From assembly GCA_032249135.1 (NCBI GenBank), contig JAVVGL010000014.1:1-57280 (forward strand): DNA of 57,280 nt. Direction: 5' to 3'. Positions within the stretch are counted from its first letter, which is position 1. Each line of letters opens with the position of its first letter. This stretch comes from Candidatus Calescibacterium sp. GTDB taxonomy: Bacteria; Calescibacteriota; Calescibacteriia; Calescibacteriales; Calescibacteriaceae. The notes beneath the pieces are model-generated. The model was not told where the DNA came from. It was given only the letters and a program-made list of their open reading frames with translations, and did not search any database. Positions 19,948 to 28,754 of this stretch are shown here, in pieces. The position numbers were made by a program, and so were the translations under genes.

Positions 19948-19984
19948 AAATTATGATGTAAGAAAAAGGAGGTAAATCTATAAA

Positions 19985-20881
19985 ATGAGTGAAATTGCAG
20001 GATTAGATATAAAAAACTGTACAGTAATAGGATGCGGAGTTATGGGATTTGGAATAGCGATTGTTCTTCTGAACAAAGGTTTCAATGTAACCGTTGTGGA
20101 AAAAGACCAAAACTCTCTTGAGAGAGGAATAAATTACATAAAAAAATTCTATGAAGTCGGAATAAAAAGAGGAAAAATAAAAGAGGAAGAAGTAAAAGAA
20201 AATATTGAAAGATTGAAAGGAACTACAAATTTAGATGAAATTCCAAAGGATTCTCTTGTGATTGAAGCAGTAAATGAGGAACTCAAACTTAAACAAGAAG
20301 TTCTAAAAAAAGCAGAAGAAGTTATTGATGAAAATATGCCAATTTTTACGAACACATCATCAATACCTGTAATAGAAATAGCCGCTGCTCTAAAAAGACC
20401 TGAAAGATTTTTAGGTTTCCACTTTTTTAATCCGCCACCTGTTATGAAGCTAATTGAGGTTATACCCTCCATCAAAACTGATGAGAGATACATAAACTTT
20501 GCAGTTGAGTTTGCAAAGTTTTTAGGGAAAGAACCAGTAATAACAAAAGATTCCCCTGCATTCATAGGAAACGCTTTGCTTATTCCATTTATTCTTGAAG
20601 CTATAAGGATGTCCGAAAGCGGACTTGCATCCTATGAAGATATAGATAAAGCCTGCAAACTCGGTCTCGGATACCCTATGGGACCTTTTGAACTCGCAGA
20701 CTTTATGGGACTTGACATTATATTAGCTATTGCAGATAATGTCTTTGAGAGAACAAAAGATAAAAGATTTGCAGCTCCTGCAAAATTAAGAGAACTCGTT
20801 AGCTCTGGAAACCTCGGTAGGAAAACAGGAAAAGGTTTTTATGATTACAAAAAACCAAAAATATTCGGCGTAGAAATGTAG
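19985..20881 (+). CDS. 3-hydroxyacyl(butyryl)-CoA dehydrogenase
   Basis: GCGVMG, IEAVNE, NTSS, HFFNPPP, PMGPFELAD, GRKTGKGFY. Confidence 0.92.
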   Translation: MSEIAGLDIKNCTVIGCGVMGFGIAIVLLNKGFNVTVVEKDQNSLERGINYIKKFYEVGIKRGKIKEEEVKENIERLKGTTNLDEIPKDSLVIEAVNEELKLKQEVLKKAEEVIDENMPIFTNTSSIPVIEIAAALKRPERFLGFHFFNPPPVMKLIEVIPSIKTDERYINFAVEFAKFLGKEPVITKDSPAFIGNALLIPFILEAIRMSESGLASYEDIDKACKLGLGYPMGPFELADFMGLDIILAIADNVFERTKDKRFAAPAKLRELVSSGNLGRKTGKGFYDYKKPKIFGVEM

Positions 20882-20883
20882 GT

Positions 20884-22023
20884 TCAAAAATATTGATCTC
20901 TTTTTCCTTTAAGTAATTTTGCTTTTTCCTTCGCTATAGCATTAACCAAAGTAACATCAGGGAGTATATCAACAGGAGTTGCAAGTATTTCTTCTATTGT
21001 TTCATCAAAAATTTGCTCACCAGTTTTATCTGAAAATAAACTTGCAACTTTTTCATTATTTATATCTTGCAACTCCTTCTTGAAGTTTTCAAGCTGTTGA
21101 GATAATTTCGCTTTTATTTCAGGGTCTTCCGTTTCCGCCACTATTTCTTCATAACTTTTTATCTTTTCCTTCAATCTCTCTATCTCCTCTTGATATACTT
21201 CTTTTTCCGTCCTATCTTTGAGTAAAGTTGCATAAAATTGTGCGTAAACAGCTTTTGCAAGCAAGAATTTACCGTTCGTTTTTTTGAAAACTTTATCAAA
21301 GTATATTTTTGATTTCACCGGACTCCCACCGAGTATGCTCGGAGCTGTCGCATAAAATGTAGCCCGAAGCAAAAGAGGGGAAGAATAAAAATAATCCTCA
21401 TCAAGTTCTATGAGTCTATCTACCAGTGCAATCATTTTTGAAATCTCAACAACAGATTCCGGAGAACCCTTTGCTGTTGCTATCCAATAACCAAGACATG
21501 CCGTATACCAAAAAGCTTCCCTTATGTGCTTTTTTTCTATGGTTTTTGCGAGTTCTTCTGCCGCAACTTCTCCTTTTCTCACCTTCTCCAAAGTCACCTT
21601 AAACTTTTTGTTGATTATAGACAAAGCTTGCTCAGCATACTTATATCCTTTATAGTAAAGAATATTCGCCTTCTCCGGATCATAATCTTCAACAAAACCC
21701 GAACCATAAGAACAATAAGTCTCAGCAAGGTTTGCAAGAATAACAGGATTATCCGGAGCAAGAAGTCTTCCAGTTTCAAGTATGAGAAGATTAGAAGGAA
21801 TACCAGCTCCTACTATAAAAGGCAAATCATATTTTTGTATCTCTTTTGCCGCATTTCCCGTTGCTTCGGCGGTCATAACTATTGCAAGCTTCTGGATATT
21901 GCAACCGGAATTCAGAAAAATACACGATAAAATAAGCGCACCAAAACCGAACCCGAAACCAAAGCTAAACCTTAAATTAAAACTACTATCTCCACTCCTT
22001 TTCTCCAATTTCCCCGATTTCAT
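20884..22023 (-). CDS. TRAP transporter TatT component family lipoprotein
   Basis: lipobox NSGC, helical repeat body, LDEDYFY, PSILGG, C-terminal NAIAKEKAKLL...YF. Confidence 0.75.
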   Translation of the reverse strand: MKSGKLEKRSGDSSFNLRFSFGFGFGFGALILSCIFLNSGCNIQKLAIVMTAEATGNAAKEIQKYDLPFIVGAGIPSNLLILETGRLLAPDNPVILANLAETYCSYGSGFVEDYDPEKANILYYKGYKYAEQALSIINKKFKVTLEKVRKGEVAAEELAKTIEKKHIREAFWYTACLGYWIATAKGSPESVVEISKMIALVDRLIELDEDYFYSSPLLLRATFYATAPSILGGSPVKSKIYFDKVFKKTNGKFLLAKAVYAQFYATLLKDRTEKEVYQEEIERLKEKIKSYEEIVAETEDPEIKAKLSQQLENFKKELQDINNEKVASLFSDKTGEQIFDETIEEILATPVDILPDVTLVNAIAKEKAKLLKGKRDQYF

Positions 22024-22147
22024 TCCATCTAACCTCCTCTTTCAAAAATAAGTAATCAATTTTTTCTTTTTTTTCCATATTTTGTTAATTTACCAATTTT
22101 TTCTTTATTTTGCAATTTTATACAATTTATAATGAATTAACAGAAAA

Positions 22148-23326
22148 ATGCGGATTCTTCATACATCAGACTGGCACGCAGGGAAAAAGAATAACGATAT
22201 ATCAAGAAAAGATGACCTAATCTATGCACTAGGAGAAATAAAAAAAATTGTGAATGAAGAAAAAGTAGATTGCATATTAGTTGCAGGAGATCTTTTTGAT
22301 AAACAGAATCCACCAATAGAGGTCCAGGAAATAATATGGGATTTTTTCCTTGATATGAATTCAAAAGGTGTAAAATCTCTAATAATATCTGGTAACCATG
22401 ACTCTCATGATTTTCTCAAAAGCGTCAGGAAACTTTTAGGTCTTGCAAATGTAAAAGTATTCCCATATTACGAAAGAGAACAGCTATTTACATACGAAAA
22501 AGATGGAGAAAATGTCTGTTTTGCCGCAATCCCATACATACCCCCAAGTTTTGTCCATAAAATAATACCCGAAGAAGATTTAACAAAAGATAAGAAAGCA
22601 GCAGAGTATTCAGAGGTATTATCACAAATTATAAAAAAACTTGGGGCGTTAGCAGCTCAAAAAGGAACAGCAATTTTGGTAGCTCATATGGCTCTAATGA
22701 GTGCAAAACCGTCAGGAACAGAAAAGGAAATAAGCTTGCTTTATGAGTATTCTGTGGATGAAAGAAAAATCCCAGCAGATTTTAAATATTGTGCTCTCGG
22801 ACACATACACAGATTCCAAAAAATACAGTCTCCAAACTCAAAAATATATTACTCCGGAACAATATACCAAATAGATTTCGGCGAGAAAGATGAAAAGAAA
22901 TTTGTGATTTTGCTGAATGTAAAAAACGGAAATATAGAAGAAAGGGAAATTCAGTTAGACCTCAAAAGAACTTTGAAAGAATTTGAGTTTGATTTAGAAA
23001 AAGAAAAACTTGATGGAATTATTATGAAACTGAAAAGCTATCCTATGGATATAAAGAAAATAAAGTTAAAAGTTCCACCGTCAATACCTTTCCAGAAAGT
23101 TGTTGAAATAAAAAACAAAATCACGAAAGAAGTAGAATTCGTAGCATATTTAGAAGAAAAAATAAATGAAGGAAAAACAAATCAGAATATAGCAAATGTT
23201 GAAATAGGTGAAGAGAATATTTTCAAAATCTACAAAAGTTATTTTTTAGAAAAGAAAAGAAAAGAAGAAGATTTCAACAAAGTTATACAGAAAATAGAAG
23301 AAATAATGAGAACACAAGATGAGTAA
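22148..23326 (+). CDS. sbcD: exonuclease SbcD
   Basis: HTSDWH, AGDLFD, GNHD, ALGHIH, YSG. Confidence 0.93.
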   Translation: MRILHTSDWHAGKKNNDISRKDDLIYALGEIKKIVNEEKVDCILVAGDLFDKQNPPIEVQEIIWDFFLDMNSKGVKSLIISGNHDSHDFLKSVRKLLGLANVKVFPYYEREQLFTYEKDGENVCFAAIPYIPPSFVHKIIPEEDLTKDKKAAEYSEVLSQIIKKLGALAAQKGTAILVAHMALMSAKPSGTEKEISLLYEYSVDERKIPADFKYCALGHIHRFQKIQSPNSKIYYSGTIYQIDFGEKDEKKFVILLNVKNGNIEEREIQLDLKRTLKEFEFDLEKEKLDGIIMKLKSYPMDIKKIKLKVPPSIPFQKVVEIKNKITKEVEFVAYLEEKINEGKTNQNIANVEIGEENIFKIYKSYFLEKKRKEEDFNKVIQKIEEIMRTQDE

Positions 23327-24173
23327 GTCCCCGAAATCAATATTTTTTTCAGTATTTTCTGTAATAGTGCTCTTTTTTTTACTTACTTTTTTACTTATCT
23401 CAGAAAGCTTTGGAGATACAAGAAATGATAAAGGTAAAGAAAAATACATTTACATTTTTGGTGGTTTTCCCGATGTGAGATTTCAAGGTGCCGGATTAGT
23501 TCATCCTCATTCAGAAAGCAACCCGGCATCACTTGAACTTATCGAAAAATATGATATAAATCTATCGTTCGGCATATCAGATAGATTTAAGATGGTCTCG
23601 GCAAGGGCAACAGATAGCATAACTTCAAGATTGAGCGGAGCCATAGGTTTCAAATGCTTGACACCAAAATTTATCTGCTCACACGGTTCAGCAAAAATTG
23701 CAGGATTAGATTTATCTTACGGATTTTACGCAAAAGATATAAAGCTCGGAGTTGGACCCTTTATCAGATTCAAGTGGGATAACGAGTTCTCTGATGTTTT
23801 AGGTGAAGGAGATTTTATAGCCGGAATCGGAAGTATTGCTCTGCACAGCTTTGAAAAATTCAAAATAAGCGTAGGTAGCATTATATTTTCAAGTAGAAAC
23901 ACCATGAAAGAAAATATACCGGTAGGCGGAGGTGTAGGAGGAAGTTTCTCCACAAACACAGACGATATATTCATATTTGGGCAAGTAGTTTATTTTTCAA
24001 AATTTTACCCATCCGCAGGATTGATTGCAACAGCGTTAAAATGGTTCAGATTGGCTTTCGGATTCTCATCTTATCCCGTAGTATCCGGAGGTTTTGTTTC
24101 CCCCAGACTTTATGTTTGGGTTGGATATAGTTTCAGTAAAATTTTCCTTTCAAGCATAGGATTAGTATTTTGA
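23319..24173 (+). CDS. hypothetical protein, probable outer-membrane beta-barrel
   Basis: signal peptide, NPASL, Gly/aromatic alternating strands, terminal Phe; overlaps sbcD stop. Confidence 0.55.
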   Translation: MSKSPKSIFFSVFSVIVLFFLLTFLLISESFGDTRNDKGKEKYIYIFGGFPDVRFQGAGLVHPHSESNPASLELIEKYDINLSFGISDRFKMVSARATDSITSRLSGAIGFKCLTPKFICSHGSAKIAGLDLSYGFYAKDIKLGVGPFIRFKWDNEFSDVLGEGDFIAGIGSIALHSFEKFKISVGSIIFSSRNTMKENIPVGGGVGGSFSTNTDDIFIFGQVVYFSKFYPSAGLIATALKWFRLAFGFSSYPVVSGGFVSPRLYVWVGYSFSKIFLSSIGLVF

Positions 24174-24184
24174 ATTATATTGAG

Positions 24185-25120
24185 ATGGAAAAGATGAAAA
24201 TAAAATTTGGATACATAGCTTGTGTTGGGAGACCGAATGTCGGAAAATCAACCCTAATAAATAAATTAGTTGGAGCAAAACTTTCTGCTGTTTCTCCAAA
24301 ACCTCAAACTACAAGAAGATCAATAATAGGAATAAAGACAATAAAAGATGAAAAAGAAGGGAAGATAATTCAAATAGCATTCATAGATACCCCAGGAATT
24401 CACAAACCAAGAAACGAACTTGGAGCAGAAATGGTAAAAAGTGCAATTGAATCTCTGAAAACATCAAACATAATTTACCACCTTATAGATTCATCAGAGG
24501 GGATACAAGGTGAAGATATAGATGTAGCGGAAAATCTCAAATCTTTTCTAAAAGAGGAAAAAATAAAGATTCCGGTATTCTGTCTTCTTACAAAAATAGA
24601 CCTTGTGAAAAAAGAAATTTTACTACCTATGATGGAAGAGGTAGGAAAGTGGAACTTATATGCAGAAATAATTCCGATTTCAGCGCTCAAAGGAGATGGA
24701 CTTGATGACCTTATAGAAACAACGGAAAGGTATCTCCCACAAACCGATGAAGTTCTATTCCCCTACGAGATGATATCAGGGCAACCAATAAGAATCATAA
24801 TACAGGAAATAATAATGGAAAAAATATACAACTATCTGCATATGGAGATACCTTACTCAACAGCAGTTGAAGTGGAGCAAATAGAGGAAAGAGAAAATGG
24901 TACGCTTTATATAAAAGCAACGATATATGTTGAGAGAAAGAACCAGAAAAAAATAGTGATAGGCAAAGACGGAAGCAAAATAAAACAAATAGGAACTCTA
25001 GCAAGAGAAGAAATTGAATACCTTACTGGAAGAAAAGTTTATCTTGACCTTTGGGTCAGAGTGAAAGAAGATTGGAGAAAGAATGTCTATTTTGTGAAAA
25101 AAATCTATTTTTCTGAGTAA
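24185..25120 (+). CDS. era: GTPase Era
   Basis: GRPNVGKS, PQTTR, DTPG, TKID, KH domain VIGKDG. Confidence 0.96.
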   Translation: MEKMKIKFGYIACVGRPNVGKSTLINKLVGAKLSAVSPKPQTTRRSIIGIKTIKDEKEGKIIQIAFIDTPGIHKPRNELGAEMVKSAIESLKTSNIIYHLIDSSEGIQGEDIDVAENLKSFLKEEKIKIPVFCLLTKIDLVKKEILLPMMEEVGKWNLYAEIIPISALKGDGLDDLIETTERYLPQTDEVLFPYEMISGQPIRIIIQEIIMEKIYNYLHMEIPYSTAVEVEQIEERENGTLYIKATIYVERKNQKKIVIGKDGSKIKQIGTLAREEIEYLTGRKVYLDLWVRVKEDWRKNVYFVKKIYFSE

Positions 25121-25155
25121 ATTTTACATATTCTAATTTCTGAGTAAATTTACAT
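25110..25155. repeat. near-tandem duplication of the era stop region
   Basis: TTTCTGAGTAAATTTTACAT (25110) and TTTCTGAGTAAATTTACAT (25137). Confidence 0.8.
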
Positions 25156-25163
25156 TTCAACAA

Positions 25164-25763
25164 ATGTTCGGAATATTGAAGAGAATATATGATTGGGTTT
25201 TGAGTTGGGCAAATTCAAAGTGGTCCCATGTGGCATTAGCTTTAAACTCTTTCTCAGAATCCATTTTTTTTCCTGTTCCCCCTGATGTTTTGCTTATGGC
25301 TCTTTGTCTTGGGAAACCCAAAAGAGCTTTATATTTTGCGACAATAACTTCAATTTTTTCGGTTTTAGGTGGAATAGGAGGATATATTCTGGGAAAATTT
25401 TTCTGGGAAGTTACAAAAGACTTTTTTCTCAAATATGTTTTTTCCGTTGAGACTTTCATGAAAGTATCAGAACTTTATAATAAGAATGCTTTCATAGCAG
25501 TTTTTACCGCAGGCTTCACTCCGATACCGTACAAAGTTTTCACAATATCAGCAGGAGTATTCTCAATAAATTTCCCAATCTTTATTATTGCTTCCCTTAT
25601 ATCAAGATCTGCGAGGTTTTTCATAGTATCAACTTTAATTTTCTTCTTTGGCGAAAGAGTAAAAGTTTTTATAGAAAAATATTTCAATATTTTTACTATA
25701 ATTTTTTCGGCACTCCTTATTTTAGGATTCATCGCAATAAAGTATCTTTCAACATCAAGATAA
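25164..25763 (+). CDS. YqaA/DedA family membrane protein
   Basis: ESIFFPVPPD, GFTPIPYKVFTI, SRSARFF. Confidence 0.92.
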   Translation: MFGILKRIYDWVLSWANSKWSHVALALNSFSESIFFPVPPDVLLMALCLGKPKRALYFATITSIFSVLGGIGGYILGKFFWEVTKDFFLKYVFSVETFMKVSELYNKNAFIAVFTAGFTPIPYKVFTISAGVFSINFPIFIIASLISRSARFFIVSTLIFFFGERVKVFIEKYFNIFTIIFSALLILGFIAIKYLSTSR

Positions 25764-25966
25764 ATATTTGCCGAAAAAGAAAATGCAAAAAGGAAGGGGA
25801 AAAATTTCAAAAGTAATAAGAAACAGAAAATAAACAGAAAAGAATCAGAAAAAAGCAAAAAAACAGAAGACAGAGAAATAAAAATAAAGAAAATGGAAAC
25901 ACAACAAGGAAAATAAATAAAAAAAATTTATATAAAAAATCAAGGGAGGAGGATGAAAAATTAAGT

Positions 25967-26359
25967 ATGAGCATACCAAAAAATCTACTCTTTTCAGAAG
26001 ATCATATTTGGGTTTATTTGAAATCAGATAATATTGCCAGAATAGGCATAACAGAATTCCTCACAAGCGAGGATGAGGAAATACGAGAAATAATTTTAGA
26101 TGCAGAAGAAGGAACAGAAATAGAGGCAGGAGATATAATAGGAGAAATAGAGACATCAGATGGAACCGTAGAGATAATATCTCCCATATCGGGGAAAGTG
26201 CTGAAAATAAACCAAGATGTTATAGATGACCCGAAAATAATTGTAGAGGATCCGTATAAAGAAGGTTGGCTTATGGAAATTGAAATCTCCAAAAGTATAG
26301 AATCATTTTCTCTCCTCTCTTACAAAGAGTATAAAAAGATACTCCGAGACGAAGAATAA
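25967..26359 (+). CDS. glycine cleavage H-like protein lacking the lipoyl lysine
   Basis: P..L.FSEDH.W, RIGIT, SPISG.V..IN, DPY.EGWL; ESVK motif reads ETSD. Confidence 0.8.
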   Translation: MSIPKNLLFSEDHIWVYLKSDNIARIGITEFLTSEDEEIREIILDAEEGTEIEAGDIIGEIETSDGTVEIISPISGKVLKINQDVIDDPKIIVEDPYKEGWLMEIEISKSIESFSLLSYKEYKKILRDEE

Positions 26360-26417
26360 AATTGGAAGACCAAAAAAAGAAGTAAAAGATGGAAAAAGAA
26401 AACATTAAAATAAATCT

Positions 26418-27011
26418 ATGGATCAGCAAGGTATAAGAAAACTCATACTTTTCAGGATAAACGAAAGAAGATTTGGAATAGATATAAAGAGGGTAAAAAA
26501 AATAATAAAGGAAAAAGGAGATTTACAAATAACTCAAATAAGCGGAGCTCCACCGTATATATTAGGAATTGCAGAAGTAGAAATAACACAAGGAGAAAAA
26601 ACAATCATAACATTCATAGACCTGAAAAAAATAATAGATATGAGAAAGCTTGAAACTAATGATGAAGAAAAAAAATCAGACAAAATCAAAGAAGGAGAAC
26701 AAACAGATTTAAAGGAAAAAGAAGAAGAAAAAGAAAAAGAAGAAAAAGAGAGAGAAGAAAAAAAAGAAAAAGAGAGAAGGATTTTCATGATTGTTTTAGG
26801 TCAAACAAAAAGGGAATTTTTCGGAGTTCTTACAGATGAAGTAGAAGGAATAGAAGAGTTTGACAATATAAATGCAAAATTATATCCACCACCAGATATA
26901 AAGAACATCAAAGAATTCTTTGAGGGAATAATCATAGTCTACGAGGGGAAAAACAAGGGAGAAAGAATTTTCATCCTGAATCCAAACAAATTAGCAGAGT
27001 TCATAAAATAA
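26418..27011 (+). CDS. cheW: chemotaxis protein CheW-like
   Basis: LILFRI..FGIDI..V..II, APPYILGI, IDLKK, FGVLTDEV.GI, ILNP. Confidence 0.75.
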   Translation: MDQQGIRKLILFRINERRFGIDIKRVKKIIKEKGDLQITQISGAPPYILGIAEVEITQGEKTIITFIDLKKIIDMRKLETNDEEKKSDKIKEGEQTDLKEKEEEKEKEEKEREEKKEKERRIFMIVLGQTKREFFGVLTDEVEGIEEFDNINAKLYPPPDIKNIKEFFEGIIIVYEGKNKGERIFILNPNKLAEFIK

Positions 27012-27036
27012 AAAACGAAATAAATAAAAAAAAATC

Positions 27037-28146
27037 ATGATAAAGGTAGAAGAAGTAAAAGGGATTTTTGATCTTATAAAGTTTGTTGATTGTGAATATG
27101 AGATAAAAAAGGGTGAAAAAGCTTTTGTTCCACCGATCTTTCTTGAAAGGCTCATAACCTTAAAATATTCAAAATTTCTAAAACACGGAAAAGCCAAATT
27201 ATTTATCGCAAAAGATGGGAAACAGGTTGTTGGAAGAATTTCAGCTCAAATAGATTATCTTTACACAAAAAAAGAAAAAGCGGGTTTCTTTGGATTTTTT
27301 GAATGTGTGAATTCATATGAAGTCGCAGAGAAATTGCTTTCATCAGCAGAAAAATTCCTAAAAAGTGAAGGTATGGAAAAAATAATGGGACCTTTTTCAT
27401 TCAATATAAATGGAGAATCCGGTCTTCTCATCCAGGGGTTTGACGAACCGCCATTTGTGATGATGCCTTTCAACCCACCATATTATGTAGATCTTATAGA
27501 AAAGAATGGGTACTCAAAAGCAAAAGACCTTTTTGCGTGGAAAATAACGAGAGAAGATGTAGAAAAGAAAACTTCATCTCTCCTCAAATTGATATGGAAA
27601 GAATCAGAAAGTAAGTTAAAGATAAGAGAGATAACAAAAAAAACTTTGAGCGAAGATATATCAATTGCAGTTGATATCTTCAACGATGCATGGAGTGAAA
27701 ACTGGGGATTTATACCACTGACACAAGAAGAAGGTAAAGAGATAGCTCAGATGCTCAAAATAGTTCTTGATAGCAAAATAGCTTTTTTCTGCTATGCGGA
27801 CGATGAGCCAGCAGGAGTATGCATAGCTGTTCCCAACATAAATGAAGCATTAGCCGGAACAAGCGGAGGAAAAAATCCTCTTGATTTCATCAAAATATTC
27901 AATAGAATAAAAAAGATAAAATCTATAAGGCTTATTATTCTTGGAGTGAAAAAAAAGTTTAGGAAAAATTATCCATTCATGCCACTTTTTATGGTCGGAG
28001 AATTGATGAAGCGAGGCAAAGAAAGAGGATATGAGAAAGCTGAACTTTCATGGACATTAGAAGACAACGATAGAATAAACAAAATAATCTCAATTTCAGG
28101 AGCACAAAAGTATAAAATTTACAGAATATACCAGAAAAAAATATGA
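27037..28146 (+). CDS. YghO-like GNAT-fold protein
   Basis: VGRISA, GFFGFFEC, GP.SF..N.E.GLL..GF, NPPYY, ENWGF.P, AELSWTLEDN. Confidence 0.75.
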   Translation: MIKVEEVKGIFDLIKFVDCEYEIKKGEKAFVPPIFLERLITLKYSKFLKHGKAKLFIAKDGKQVVGRISAQIDYLYTKKEKAGFFGFFECVNSYEVAEKLLSSAEKFLKSEGMEKIMGPFSFNINGESGLLIQGFDEPPFVMMPFNPPYYVDLIEKNGYSKAKDLFAWKITREDVEKKTSSLLKLIWKESESKLKIREITKKTLSEDISIAVDIFNDAWSENWGFIPLTQEEGKEIAQMLKIVLDSKIAFFCYADDEPAGVCIAVPNINEALAGTSGGKNPLDFIKIFNRIKKIKSIRLIILGVKKKFRKNYPFMPLFMVGELMKRGKERGYEKAELSWTLEDNDRINKIISISGAQKYKIYRIYQKKI

Positions 28147-28748
28147 AAGATAAAGAAAGAAAAAAAGATAAAGAAAGAGCTACGAAAGACAAAGAGAAAA
28201 TAAGATGGCTTATTTTTTCTGTAATTTTTGGGATAGCAATAGCTATAATTTTTCTGCCGGGACTTTTCAGGTCAAAAAAGCTCTTTGAAAAATCGCCTCT
28301 TATAGGTCACGAACCACCTGACTTCAAAGCAGAAAAAATAAAAGAGAATGAAAATAATGAAGAAATTGGAAAAGAAAAAGAAACAAAATCCATAAAAGAA
28401 ATAGCTGCGGAAAGTAAAATCGTTTTTATAAACTTTTTTGCCTCCTGGTGTACAGAATGCAAAGAAGAAAGAGAAAAACTAATGGAACTTAAAAAAAACA
28501 ACAAAGAAATAAAAATAGTCGGAGTTGTCTTTCAAGATTCAAAAGATAAAATCTCAAATTATCTCAAAGAGAAAAATCCATATGATTACATATATTTTGA
28601 CAGTGGAGAAACAGCAATAGATTATGGAGTTTCTGGCGTTCCAGAAACATTCCTTATTATTGACGGGAAAATAGTAAAAAAATTTATAGGACCAATCTCA
28701 ATATACGAAGCAACAAAAATAATGAAAGAAAAAACAACTCTTCCTTAA
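28143..28748 (+). CDS. TlpA/CcmG-like thiol-disulfide oxidoreductase
   Basis: TM anchor, NFFASWCTEC, YGVSGVPETF. Confidence 0.9.
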   Translation: MKDKERKKDKERATKDKEKIRWLIFSVIFGIAIAIIFLPGLFRSKKLFEKSPLIGHEPPDFKAEKIKENENNEEIGKEKETKSIKEIAAESKIVFINFFASWCTECKEEREKLMELKKNNKEIKIVGVVFQDSKDKISNYLKEKNPYDYIYFDSGETAIDYGVSGVPETFLIIDGKIVKKFIGPISIYEATKIMKEKTTLP

Positions 28749-28754
28749 ATTTAT

